A stretch of DNA of 64,000 nt from Lytechinus pictus. Lineage: Eukaryota. The stretch spans positions 4,466,001 through 4,530,000 of the forward strand of contig NC_087250.1 in the NCBI RefSeq assembly GCF_037042905.1. Direction: 5' to 3'. Under the pieces are notes generated by a model. The model did no database searches, was not told where the DNA came from, and saw nothing but the letters and a program-made list of their open reading frames with translations. The translations under genes were made by a program, and so were the position numbers. Positions 36,383 to 50,300 of the stretch are shown one piece after another (the first letter of the stretch is position 1; each line of letters opens with the position of its first letter).

Positions 36383-39300
36383 AGGCGGTTTTCCACTAGA
36401 GCGCGGACAAGACCAGGAAGTGTTGCGGAAGCTACTTTTGTCATTTCGGCATGCTGTCCGCAACCAAATTCCGTAAAATATTATGCAAATGATCTTGTCC
36501 TAGGACACAACCAGGACTGTCTGCGTATTGTCGTAGGACATTCTTGGGACTGTCCTAGGACAAGATAATCTAAATAAATTTGTCGGCGTTCGGTGCGGAC
36601 AGCATGCAGATCGTATTAGGACAGAACCGGAAACATTTAGGACAACGTCACGAGTGGTAAATTCAAGGACTAGGACAATCGGACAACTTGCGAATACTCC
36701 ATGAAAATTATCGTTCATACATTTTTTTTTATGAATTTAGGGGTGTTATTTGGGTTTTTTTTCGACCACAAACACTATATAGGATTTTCTTTTATTTCAA
36801 ATCAAATTGCATACATTGGTCATGTTTGTGGAAATCCCAGGGGGACAGGGGCGACGCATCCCCTCACTTTTTGGAAAGGGGGGCGCATTTGATAACAAAT
36901 TCCCCCCCCCCCCTCCTCCCCACTTTTGGAACGAGCAAAAAAGAAAAAAATAGAAAGATAGGGAAAAGAACCAGAAGGGAAAAGAGGAGAGAAAATGAAG
37001 AGAAAAACAAGAGGAGAAAGACGAGTGAATTAAATAAGATGAGGGGGGGGGGGGGATTTTCATGTCACTGTGTTAAATGCTCGCATTCCCTAATCTATGA
37101 GATACATAACTTGCTCAATAGACTTATATTGAGCTTAAAACTTCAAGTTTTGAAGTAAATTAACAAAGCATTTCTCGGACATTAAGTTTTCAATTTGTTT
37201 GATTTACAAATATATTTTATAGTTTTCTGTAAAATAACTATATTTTATGGTCTACATATGAACATTTTCCGCTCGCGCTGCGCGATAGCATTATTTGATT
37301 TGTCAAATAACTATTCTCTTCGTGTATTCCATAATTTTTTGAAAAATATCCCTTTTAAGGCTGGTCTGATAGTATCAGCTAAAGCTGCGCGCTTGTATTT
37401 TGATTGGGGAGTTATGTATACCTGTATCAATTGTAACAAATTATTTTAAATTTTTCTTTCATGACAGTTTATCAAAATTTTCGGCTCGCAATTTGCGCTC
37501 GCATTATTTTTGTTACAAATATATTAACCCATGCATCCTATTCATAATTACAAAATGTCCAGTTTTCTGACCTTAATATCAATTTCGCGCCCTCATTGGG
37601 CTTATTAGACTAATAAGTAAGATAATAATATTTTCATGATTTCCTAATAAACATTTTTTCAGAATGGAATATCGACAAGTTTCATCTCTCGCTTCGGAAG
37701 ATAGTCATCATAGTCATATGAAGACAAAAAATGTCCTTAAAATGTCCCGGTCGCAACCTAAAATATATTTAATGATAAATATATCAACTTGAGCTTCGCA
37801 CTCGCATCGTTTATTAAGCGCGATCCATCTCTAATTCGTAACTGCGCTTAAATTTGTTTCTTTTTATCGGAAAATCAATCTTTAGCTTGCTCATCGCGCT
37901 CTTATTATTGATATTATAATGAAGAATGTAATTAGAATGTCCAGATTCTAGGTCTGAATCTAAACACGCGCACGCATGTTTATTTAGATACGAATCTTGT
38001 GCCAGTATGTAGGAATATTATCCATTTATCCAATTATCCATCCTTTTCCTGATTTACAAAACGTGAGACGTCGAATTTCGTTTCAGCTCGCGCTTCGCGC
38101 TCACATCAAGTGTATAGTCATACCCCTATCCTGTTCATGCTTTTAAAAGGTGCTTAGAATGCCCAGTATTTAGGTCGGAATGTAAAAAAAATTTCAGCTC
38201 GCGCCTCGCGCTCGTATTATTTGACTGTTGAAATATGTAGGCTAAAGGAAAGTGTGTTTGTCGGTGTAATGTAGTATTCACTTTTTGAAAGCAGATTTTG
38301 TGCATTTTTATACATAACAATAAATTATCTCGGATCTTGATTTTTTCAACTATGGTAACTTTAAAAAGACTGCATATGTTCATAGCAAAGTCGGGGCTCT
38401 CTTTATAACATTATTTTCTTATAATTTTTCCACAAATTAATACATATATTACAAAAGAGGAAGAAAACAGAAAGTTAGGATGCAAATTGCATTCGACAGG
38501 CACATGCGGTTCAAGGGGCGAAGTGGTCTTGCTCCCCCTTTAAAAAAGTACAAACAGAAGAAAATTAAGTAAAATGGAAAGGGAAACTTAAAAAATGATA
38601 TGGTGGAAAAGAAAGGGGGTGCCGTGCTGATAACGGCCCTCCTCTCCCTGCTGCAGGCTTACCCCTCCCAGTATTAAAGAGATATACAAACAGCTCAAAA
38701 GAAATAGGAATAAACAAAGGAGATGAACGAAATGAGGTGAAATAGAATCAAGGAGGAAAAAAATTGCGATCATGAACAGAAAATAATTGGCCGAGATTAT
38801 GAATGTGTACGATTAGAAATATCAGTTTTAATTTTTGGACGAAAATGTGAATCCAGTGTCTAATCGCCTTTGCCTCCTCTTGTACCAATTGAAATAGACT
38901 AAGAAAGAACATGTAAATGGGCAATTCCAGGATGCCGAATGCGATCTCTACGCCCTATTGGCTGCGTAAAAAATGGAAAAATGGAATAACCAAAGAAGAG
39001 GGGGAAAAGGAAGAAGAGTGAAGAAATTGACAGACCTGCAGACGAGAAGAATATCAGCGTTTCGGCTAGGTCAATTTGTAAAAAATAACGCTTCATACTT
39101 TCAATAGTTTAATTATAAGAAGATTGTGCACGCTGTTCATTTTTAAGAAAAATACTTAGGTCTTTTCGTCTTTTCTTTTTCGTCCTTGATGTTTGAAAGA
39201 AGTAAGTTCGCGCTTCGCGCTCATATTCTATGTTTATGAGAAACATGTTTTGTGTACGACTTTTTTAAGGAAGGCCTATTTTCTTGTAAAGAGTCGTGGT

Positions 39301-40009
39301 GTAGTGGTTCTGACTCCCGCCTTGTAAACAGAGAGTCGTGTGTTCGATTCCCACCGCGGTCTATAAACCGTCCTTTGGCAAGACGTATTGCACACCTTGC
39401 CATTCTCCACCCATGTGCTAAATGGGTACCCGGTTGGATGCGAAAGTTATTGTACGCTGGATTTGGCCAGCACAATTTTGAGGTTGCGATGAATGCAAGG
39501 AATGCTTCCCAGGGTGTGGAAATTGTGCACTTTTCATGCGGGATTGAAATGAATCCTGGGGTAAATCGTTTTGCCCCTGCTGTAAATCGTTTTAAGCCGT
39601 TCTGAGAAAAGCGATATTCATAAACTTGCTATAATTTATTAATATTATTTCTTATTAATGACATCTCATTCATGATCAAACAAAGTGCTTAAAATGCAAT
39701 AGAAATATAAACTTGAATTTCAATTTGAAATCTATACCTGTATTATTAGTTTGGTTATGATATATGTCCTATTCGTAAAGTCAAGCGCTGCCTATACGGT
39801 CCTTTTTTCAGTCGAGTACATTAAAATAATCTAGTTCATAATCAAACGTTGCATTAAACATCTTTTTATGTTCAGTACAGAACAAAATAATCTGCTCGCA
39901 TCATTGCCAGCTTAACTATTGCAAGAAATATTTGAAAAGTCCACTTTTCGGATCAGTAGAAAATGCTTGAAATATTTCTCCTTCAAGTCTGTAACCCCCC
40001 CCCCCCCCC

Positions 40010-40041
<32 letters not shown>

Positions 40042-40693
40042 ACTCGTGCTTCGCGCTCGCGTAATATGTTTAAAACACTGCTTGAAATATTAAGTTCGCA
40101 GGTTTGTTAAGTGATATACTAATTATGCCCCTTGACCCCGTACTTTGTTCCTTTTTGTAATTTTCCTGTCTTGTATTATCCCGTTGCCCCATCTAGTGCA
40201 CTGACCACAAATGGCTTTTGCTACTTGTGTACTCGTTCCATACATATTAGCATTGGATCAACACATTCCTGAATCACTCTGCTTGCCTTCCTATTCCAGT
40301 CTGAAAGTTCCTGAAACAGTCCGCTTGCCTTCTTATTCCAATCCGCACGTTCCTAAAACGTTCCGCATGGCTTCTTCTTTTCTTCTTGAGGTTGACCTGA
40401 TTGCGGATGGTTTCCGGAAGACGCGGAAGGGTTTAGGAAGGGCAGGACATCATCAGGACATTGTCAGGACAGGGTCCCGAAGGTGTCAGGAATTCAATAT
40501 CCGCGTCCAAATTTTGGTCTCGACCAAAATTTGGATGCGGACAAATTTTGATTTCCCGAACACCAGGAAGGGTTTAGGACAGCGTGCGGACACTCCCAGG
40601 AATGTCCGGACAGGTTGCGGAAGGGTCGCGGATTGCAATTATTACATTCCGCGCGTTGTCCTGACGCTGCCTTGCCCTAGTGGAAAAGGGGTA
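36383..40693. mobile_element. Harbinger-like element (4.3 kb including nested repeats) interrupting a tRNA-like sequence
   Basis: Imperfect TIR aggcggttttccactag / ctagtggaaaaggggta; TAA/TTA flanks; aggac-rich subterminal repeats at both ends; the flanks rejoin into one continuous tRNA-like sequence. Confidence 0.7.
39290..39650 (+). mobile_element. tRNA-derived SINE nested in the Harbinger-like element
   Basis: gtcgtggtgtagtggtt...gttcgattccc head; aaatgggtacccgg core. Confidence 0.8.
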
Positions 40694-41067
40694 TTAACCA
40701 CTAGACCACAGAGACGGGTTAGAGGCTAGGGCGACCCCGATCCGATTAACCGTCAGATTTTCAGAAACTATACCAATTGTACTTTCCTTTGTCGGGTGTA
40801 CATGTAGGTGGGTTTTGAACAATGACAAGCTGCCATGCCTCAGCTGGATCAAAGCTATTGCTTAGATACAGTACACGGATGCGAGAACGTATACAAATAT
40901 GAGAAATTATGCATGTACAACAGCTTTGGCAACTCTTTTATTTAAACATTTTGTGAAAGAAATGGAAGAAGAGAACAATGGTAGGCGTAGCTTAAATCAA
41001 GGTTCCCAAGATTTATCTACCCTTTAGAAAAAATGGTGATGCCAAAAAAGAATATATATATATACAT

Positions 41068-41167
41068 CACAAAGAGGTAATGCATTGTTTTAGTTCCAAC
41101 AAAGTTTATTTCCAAGTCCTAATTTTCGACGCAAACCTACGTCTTCTTCAGGGATACAATAAAACTC

Positions 41168-41204
<37 letters not shown>

Positions 41205-41316
41205 GTACAGTAATTATAGTTGTACATAATATATATATATACATGTATAATACATGTATATATATATATTATGTACAACTACAATCTAAGCAACTCACTC
41301 CACCCTATTACTGTAC

Positions 41317-41347
<31 letters not shown>

Positions 41348-41465
41348 ATACATATATATATAAATGAGTTTTATTGTATCCCTGAAGAAGACGTAGGTTT
41401 GCGTCGAAAATTAGGACTTGGAAATAAACTTTGTTGGAACTACAACAATGCATTACCTCTTTGCC
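41068..41465. mobile_element. Penelope-like element remnant: inverted terminal repeat pair in a (TA)n context
   Basis: 41068-41215 is the reverse complement of 41307-41465; each arm has a CTGAAGA-stem-GAAA motif. Confidence 0.65.
41379..41416 (+). ncRNA. Minimal hammerhead ribozyme-like motif (mirror copy at 41117-41154 on -)
   Basis: tcc-CTGAAGA-a-gacgta(ggtt)tgcgtc-GAAA-at-TA-gga: catalytic core boxes, 6-bp stem II, rudimentary stem III and 3-bp stem I. Confidence 0.55.
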
Positions 41466-41507
41466 TCTTTTATCTCATATGTGACCAACACGCGGAATGT
41501 AATATCG

Positions 41508-41550
<43 letters not shown>

Positions 41551-44359
41551 TTATGTGTTAATGTTAATGTATCTATAATCTAACTTTATAAATGTTCAGG
41601 AAATCATAATCAGGGACTTTCAAAATGACACTTTTTTTTACACATTTTCCAAGATTTCAAACCATCATTAAATTGCACACACGGGACTGGAGAGAAAAAT
41701 TACTTTATTGTAAATTACATAGGGGTTCTTTCATATTTTTCTCGAATTCGGAAAATCGTTGTAGGAGGAAATCTTTCCTTACATACATAAGCATTTGAAA
41801 CAGAAGCTCATGAGAAACTAATGATTTGGATTTTTGCTCAAACCGATACCGAAATTAAGGCTAATGTACAGCGTATCGGGTATGCCCCCTCCCCCGGGGG
41901 GGGGGGGATACTTAGAATTGGTTTGGACGGGGGTATGCGGCTGAAGGTTCAAAACCCATACCCATATTTACGGGTAATTTTGCCTAATAAGGTACCCATT
42001 ATTAGGGATCTATTAAAACTTGACAAGCATTAAAATTGGAAGAGAATATGGACCCATGTTTAAGGCCAGTATCTAAAAATTTGGGCCATGGACCCATGTT
42101 TAAGGCCAGTTTCTGAAAATTTGGTGCATGTTCAGGAATTTTCCAGCATAAAACTATTTCCCATGTTAAGGGATTTCTTCCAAAAAAGCGAACCATAACA
42201 GCGGCACATCCCCGTATGCCTTATTTCATGAGTACCCCCCCCCCCGTATGCCATCCTTATGGCAATTCCACGGTTTTATTTGTTTTGCTTTCTTTCATTT
42301 CTATTAACTTTTCTTCTATGTTTTCTCCTCCCCTTTTTCCTTCTATCAATTTCTCCCCCTTTGTCGCCGCCGATGGGGGGGGGGGGGGGGGGGGTATATG
42401 TCGATATTTTTTGTGAAAAATAATAATTATGATTGCGAATTATCGTATTTATAGGCTGTGATTTGTCTCTTACTAAGAGATAAGTAGGTCGGGACTCAAG
42501 AATTAGCGTGATAATTTGTTACTAATATCCAGTGATCGTTATAAACAAATGACATCTTCTCTTTTACCTATCTCGATATTCGGTCAATAAAATTAATGCG
42601 TCGTTGTTATGTTTCTTTTTTTAAGGGGGGGGGGGTGGGCAACTGTACGTATATATCGGCAAAGGTTTATTCGATTACAAAGCCATATTAACACCAGGGA
42701 AGCATTATAATTATGACCATGCTCACTTCTTTATTCATTTGATATAACATATACAAAATAAAAAATATCGAGTAATATTGGGGAAAAAATAACATTATTA
42801 AAGAACCATTCTATTTTCCATACCAATTGTTTCAATCTGAAGAACATGTTATACCATTAAAAGAATATATTAGTGTATGATAAGGAAGAATCTATATTCC
42901 TTTTGTCATGAAAATGAAGGGGAAAGGAATAAATCGTTGTGTATAACACAACTCCAACAAACATTAAAGGGGTAAATAATTTTTATAAAAGTAAGAAAAT
43001 CCTTAATGGAATGATCTCTATGTATTTCTGGCATGTGTTAGAACATCTTAAAGACGATAGATAATAGCAGTTTGCCTATCCCGCGACAGGGGCAATTCGC
43101 ATAGTTGGCCTTGCACACTGAATTCTCTTAGATATCGAGGTACTACTGTTGCGACACTGTAGATACACTGATAATATGTCATCGAAGCTCTGTTCCTTCT
43201 TGTCAGATCTTAAGCATGATGATAAAATTACCAATTTAATAACCCATTTTACTTGCACCTTGTACAATTAAAGTTGACATCTTTATCATTTTTATCGAAA
43301 GGAAACAAGAATAAACCATATCGTGATTAGATTTAGGCCTAATCTGCAAAGTTATTATCTGAATATCGGCTCAGGGGTTTATTTTCAATTGGTCTAATGC
43401 CAATTCGTCCAATTACCAACTCGTCTATACTATCGCTTGGTCTACCATAAGTTCGTTTACTATCCCCATGGTCTAATTGTAATTTCGTTCACTCATCATC
43501 TCGTCTAATAACCAGTTGTTGTAATAGATATTTGGTCTATATACCATTTGGTCTAATTAGACTAAGTGTTAATTGGGCGAAATGAATGAAAATAAAAAAA
43601 TATTTATTAGACCAACTGGTTATGAGACGAAATGTTCATAGACGAACTGATGATTAGACGAAGTGAATATTGGACCCAAATGGTTGCTAGACGAAATGTT
43701 GCTAGACGGAATGGCATTAGACATGTGTGGACGAGTTGGCAATAGACGAATTGGCAATTTACCAACTCAGGAATGAGGAGTGATTTGATCTTCTTTCAGT
43801 AGTTCATGTGAAACTTTCTACAGGTAATTGATAATCCTGCATCCGCGCGTTGATCATTCACAATGGCCTTTCTGGTATCACAGGCCTGATTCATTTCCCG
43901 TAGACTCGTGTGTTAAAGTGGCACTTAACAAAATCATAACAAATAAGGAGGAAATTCGAGGGTTGAATGTTTACTACCAGTGGACAGGATTTATGTCTGA
44001 CATTCCATATTTGACCAGAAAAGGGTACCTCGACCGGCTCATTTTAAAAATAAATCGGCATTTATGAAGACTACACCTGACAGGATCAAATTCATCACTT
44101 GAGAGAGTAAAATGGCCCCAATTCTTCCGCCAGTAAAACAATAGTTCCAAAGTAGTGATATATCTTTCCAATTTGGAATAAAGAATTACCCTCCCTAAAA
44201 TCAGTGTTAGATTGTCAATCATATTCATTCATTTTTGTCAATCAGCAATATCAAATTTAAAAATGTGTTAGCTCGAATGAATATCTTTGGCCTGCCAGTT
44301 GTTGTTAGGCCCGTGTGACCTTCTCCACCAGACATGCCAGCGAGGATCCAGGTTCAGCT

Positions 44360-47300
44360 TCATTGTGACGTCAGTTCTTTAAGCGTATCTTCGGTGACGT
44401 AACCCTTCAGACAATCCAGGCTGTATTTCCAGAGAAATGCCTGCTTCTCCTTGTCCCTATGGCAATGATAAAAAAGGGTGATGATGTCTTCATTATTGTT
44501 GAAGAGATTATGTTTATCCTTGAATTGATGTGATTCTTCATAAGGATACCCCCATGCCCTTTATAAAAAAGATTTGTAGTGTTATTAGAGAGTTTTCGCC
44601 AAACGAAGTACGGAGGATTGAAGAACAGAGAATGGGCCTATGCATTGCCAAATGTACCAAGAAGTGGCTTAGTCGAAAATTGGTCAACCAAAATTGAATT
44701 TACCGCCCTTTCACACGGTAAATTTTTTTCGTAATTTCAATGATAATTCCAGTGAAAAATAAGGCTAATGACGAATATTTAGCACGTGTGAAACTAAACT
44801 AGAACATGATTCGAATCACGAACGCTAATCACAGTCACGATTGCAATATGAATCATCATTACAATGATGATTCAAGATTTACGTGTGAAAAGGCCCTTAG
44901 TCCAAATTTATTCGGTTCTTCATTGTCATTTGACAGGCATATTTAATACATTTACTGTATTCTTGAACCAACCGTAGGTCGCGGGACGAAATTGAGCACC
45001 CTAAAAAATAAAAAATCCAGTGGCGGGTCTACGGGGGTGGGGGTTAATTTCCACCCCCCCCCCCTCTTTCGGCTGCCGGAAAAAAAAAATGTCCTTGATG
45101 CGCTTCGCGCTCACATCGATTGTTGAGTTATATACCCATCCTGTTCATGATTGCAAAACATACTTAGAATGTCCTGTTTTTATGTCTGAAAAAAAAATCA
45201 GCTCGCCCTTCACGCTCGCGTCAATTTTTCTAGATATATACCCATCCTGTTCATGGTTACCATGGGCGTCAATCCAAACTTGAGCATGGGGGGACACAAT
45301 TATAGCAACATGCAAGCATGTCACTTTTATAGGTATACTTTCCAGATCCATTACACTTTCGTCATACTCCACCGCTATATGTATCGTATCCGTATGTCAC
45401 AGGGGCGGATCCAGCCTTCGCCAATAGGGGGGGGGGCGGAATTTTGTTTCACCCACATTTTCCCCGATCGGCTGCTCGTTTTTTTTCTTTGAAGGGGTAA
45501 TATATTTATATATATAATATCATAAGCCTTATTTAAAGAGTGTGAGCTTTTTGTTTATTTTATGTATTTTGTTTTAAAATTCAAATATTTTGGGCAATGT
45601 TTATGATCCTAAACGAGATGTGTATCTAACTTAATAATTGCGGCGAGCGCGAGCAGAAATTTTTAATATACGTTTTCATCTGATAAAAAAGGATTTGTTA
45701 CCGGCAGCTTGTTAGCCATGAAGACGTTACATATTTCAACTATCAAATAATGCGAAGCGCGAGCTAAAAATTTTGACATTTTACCTGAAGAATGAAAAAG
45801 GTTAAGTATATAACTAAATAATTAATGCGAGCGCGAAGCGCGAGCTGAAAAATTCGAGATTCAAACCTAAAAATTGGACACTCTATTCATATTTTGTAAA
45901 TCATGAAAATGGTGAGTAATTGGAAATCGGCTTCCTACATTAATAATGCGTGCGCACAAATTGTTTTATTCATTTTTGATATACGCTTTGATCTGATCTG
46001 TTAACGGCTGTTAGCCATGATGACGTTACATATTTTAACTACCAAATAATGCGAGCCCGAAGCGCGAGCTGGAAATTTTGACATTTCTACCTCAAGAATG
46101 GAAATTCTAAGCACTTTTTGTAATCGTGAAAAGGATAAGTATATAACTAAACAATTGATGCGAGCGCGAAGCGCGAGCGGAAAAATTCTGGACACTCTAT
46201 TCATGATTTGTAAATCATGAAAATGAGTAATTGGAAATTTTCCTACATTAATAATGCGAGCGCAAAGCGCGAGCAGACAATTTTTTATATTGTGATCTGA
46301 AACTGGATAATGATTTAAATAGAGAACAAGCTGCGTACCTAAATAAACGCGTGTTTCAGATTTCGACCTAGAACATGTAGAATTAGGGTAATTTAAATAC
46401 ATTTCTTATCATGAAAATCAATAAAGCGAGCGCAAAGCGCGAGCTAAAAATATGTGATATTCCGCTCTGAAAATAATCAATTTAAGCTCTGTTTTTCAAG
46501 CACTTTGTGGGGAAATTGTGAGGTGGATATGGATCACAGTTAAACAAGAGCTGATAAGTTTCATTATTATTACTTTGAGTTTTGACATAGGACCGGGACA
46601 TTATGTCATCATATGAAAATGATGACTATCTTCCTATCTCTCTTCCTAAGCATGAGAGCGCGAAATCTCTTAATATTATGGCCTGAAAACTGGACATTTA
46701 AAGCATTTTTGTAATTATGAATAAGATGCATGAGTTGATATATTTCAACAATCAATGCGAGCGGAAATCGCGAGCCGAAATTTCTGATAAACTGCATGTG
46801 ATCAAATGAGGATTTTTAGTAGTTTGTTTTAGAATTAATATTGAGATAAACATAACTAACCAATCAAAATGCGAGCATGCAGCGCTAGCTGATACGTTTT
46901 CACAATCTGACCTGAATAGGGATATTTTGATAATTTTATGGAATACAGGAAAATAATAGGCACCTTACAAATCAAATTTTGCGAGCGCGCAGCGCAAGCA
47001 GAAAATGTTAATATTCAGACCATAAAACAAAAAATTGTACAGAACACTTTTTAAAAATCAAATTTGCAAATCAAACAAAATAATGAAAGTTAAATTTTCG
47101 AGCTGAAATATATATCAAGATTTGATATTTAAGCTCCATATTGAGCAAGATATGTAATAAAATCACCTAAAAGGCGATGCGAGCGCGAAGCGCGAGCAAA
47201 AGTTTTATATCCCGGCATGAAAGATTTTTTATTATTACTTCCCAAGTCTTCCCCTTATCTTATTCACTCGTCTTCCTCTTTTTATGTTTCCCTTTCTTTT

Positions 47301-50300
47301 TTTCTCCTCTCTTTTCCCTTCTTCTTCTCTTTTTTTCTTTCTTTCCCTTTTTTTTTGCTCCCCCCTGGATCCGCCTATGCTGTCATGCCGTGCATACCCA
47401 CATGAAAAAAAACCCCACCACCCACGTGCGGGTCTCCAAGTGGGTGCTCGCGTGTACCTCGGCGTCGTACGTACAGGAACGGCTCATAGACGGCTAGCTG
47501 CGCTGCTTTTGAATACGAATTTACCCACCGTTAGTTGCATCGATAAGTTACATGACAGTTGTTTTTTTTTTCTTTATATTTTTTAAGGGGAATCAACTCT
47601 CATTTCCTTGAGAAGGTATGCACATATTCCCCTCCCCCCAGATGGTCACACTTCTTTTGTGACAAAAACATGGGGGGGGGGACATTTGATGTTGTGTCCC
47701 CCCTGAAAAAATCATGGGGGGACACGTCCCCCCCCCCCCCGTCCCCACCGATTGACGCCCATGATGGTTACATTGCTTTTAATGTCCTGTTTCATGATTA
47801 AATATAAGTATTGAATATCCTGTCTAAATATAAAAAGTCAGCTCGCGCTTCGCGCTCACATTGTTTGATTAGACACCCATCCTATTTATGATTGCAAAAA
47901 ATGGTTGATCACAAATTAAACAATTAAAGGGGAGTCAAATGTTGTATAAAATGTATATTGTACAAGGAGGAAAGGGGAAAACAGAATGAGAGAAATATTC
48001 GAAGGTAAACGAATTGATCGAGGAATAAAAAAAAGTTACTTACGTCGCAAGTGGATTCTGGAGAGTGGCTGCCTTTGCGTTTTCCAAGTAAATTGCTGTC
48101 TTGCCGTCAAACTCCGGGTTGATTGCGGCGTGGATAGTTGTCAAGGCTCCGTCAAAAGTGGTTCGGGCAAGCCCTATGAGACGATAGAAACCGGGAAGCA
48201 GATTCTAAACTCTATGCATCAGGGGGGCGTTTTCATAAAGCTGTTCGTAAGTTAAGAGCGACTTTAAGAACGACTGGTGAACCTTTCTTACGCGTTAAAT
48301 AATCACCAATGAATATTAATGGTGAATATCAATTTACCATAAGAAAGGATCACTAGTCGTTCATAAAGTCGCTCTTAACTTACGAACAGCTTTATGAAAC
48401 AACCACATGGAGTCATAATCATGTTACTCAGATCGATAATGGAATGTGACATTCAACTCTTATTCATTGTCTGCGATTACATGAATTGCTCTGTGGGAGG
48501 TTAATTCAAAATAGTATATTTTTCTTATGACGACATACAATTTTATGATATCAATTTCGCACTGGAGTTCACATATCCTGTTCACACCTTAGGGGAAACT
48601 CTGGATCACTATGTTTTTTCGCTTACCCATATAAGTTAGTGCGCTCACTAAACCTCGCATCAACCAAGCTATCTCCTGATTATCTTTCTTTGTTATATCT
48701 GTATCTACAAGACCAGGGTGCAGCGAAAACACATCGATCCCAGATCCTTTCAACTTGTCGGCCAGTGTGAACATCTCCATAATCTAAGGATAAAGAAAAA
48801 AAATATGAGGTTTAATCGGAGGGCCAATTCTAAAAACAGTCGCCTGTTTTTTTTTTAGGTCGTTCCATCATTCTCATAAAGTAAAATGCTTATTTTCAAG
48901 CTTTAAGTATAGCGAACTACATTCAATGGGTCTACCTCAAAACATTTGTTGCAAAAACCTCCGAATCCAAGATGGCCGCCATTTTTTTTATTAGAACTTT
49001 CGAATCGATTTTGACATAAACATTCAATCGCTACAAAATTAGTGTCATATGAAAAATGAATAAGTGTCCTGCAATTTGATACTATTTATGAAGGATGAAA
49101 AGGTAATTTGGCTGAAATTGTAAGTAGAAGACTACTTTTTTAATACTTTTTCCCAAAACTTTGTATATATACTTTATTTAAGAAAAGTAAAGCAAGTTGC
49201 CTAGAAACTGATATAAAATTATCATGTAGACAATGTAGATGAAATTCAAACTGGGTTTTTTTGTTGTTGCAAACTCATTATGTCTCAAACTTGAAAACAG
49301 GCATTTTCGTAGACAATATGTATCCACATTTTCATTTTTACCCAGAACAATCTGAAGCAATCTTTGATACCTCCAAGAAAACTTGTCAATGTCATTTTTC
49401 TAACCTATCGTGACACAATGAAAACTGTTAGCATCGTCAAAGGCAACAAAAATAAATTTTGTATGATTCATAGAATACATGTAATATGCAAAAGAGGTAG
49501 TGTTTCTTCTTCCTCTTCTTCTGGGTTGATCTGCCTCCTTCAAGAATAAAGATTCTTGCAGATATGTTTACGTGATATCATCGAGTCTCCCATTCACGTA
49601 TCACCGTGATGCGTGTATAATCATGTTGTAAAATAAAAGCGCACAATTTTTTTTTCTTTTTTTAATTTAGACCCCAAATCAGACTTTGATGGATTTCTAA
49701 TGTTTGATTTTCTCCTTTTATTCAAATTATTTTTTTCTGTTGATTTTTCTCTTTAACTGAGTGCAAGCACGAATTTTTAATGAACAAGACGAAATTTTTA
49801 TTTCCCATGAGGCCTACAAAACTTGCATCATATTGATGTATTATTTTGGCCGGACTTTTCGCATTTCCTTGGAGGAAATCCTCTACAACGCACCCATTCA
49901 TTTGAAAATGCAATTCAAATCACAATGGAGAGCTTGAGAGGCTCTTGTCGAAAGATGATGGACCGGGACAGCATCGGAATCTCTTGACTCTGGGCAACGA
50001 CATAATTGCAATTGTTCTTCCGCGGCAAATCTTTGGAAGATATGCTGTCCCAGTCCATTAACTTTCGACAAAATCCTCTCAGCTCCCCATTGTGATTTTA
50101 ATTGCATTTTCAGAGGAATCGATGCGTTGTAGAGAGTCCTCATAGTAAAAGCGAAAAATCCCTATAGAGCGCTGCAGTGTGACGTCAGTTGCCATGGTGT
50201 CATGGCGGCCTGGTTCTAAACAGAGTCGCAGCTGACGATCGTCTGTACACATTGGTATTTGCAAATGACTTTCGCTCGTCTGAAAAAATATGTTGCAAGC

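Noticed and set aside
36334..40715. Selenocysteine tRNA gene
   Set aside because: The anticodon reads TCA, but there is no long variable arm or extended acceptor stem, the T arm is damaged and the sequence is interrupted.
40211..40729. 172-aa ORF as a transposase
   Set aside because: No recognisable DDE or Myb/SANT motifs; it overlaps subterminal repeats.
43828..44228. Short ORFs downstream of SDR paralog B
   Set aside because: No recognisable domain or splice framework; probably 3' UTR or decayed repeat.
45640..47200. CRISPR-like appearance of repeated motifs with spacers (also 13050-13514 and 58205-59100)
   Set aside because: Eukaryotic intronic context, irregular spacing, degenerate repeats, mutually related spacers and no cas genes.
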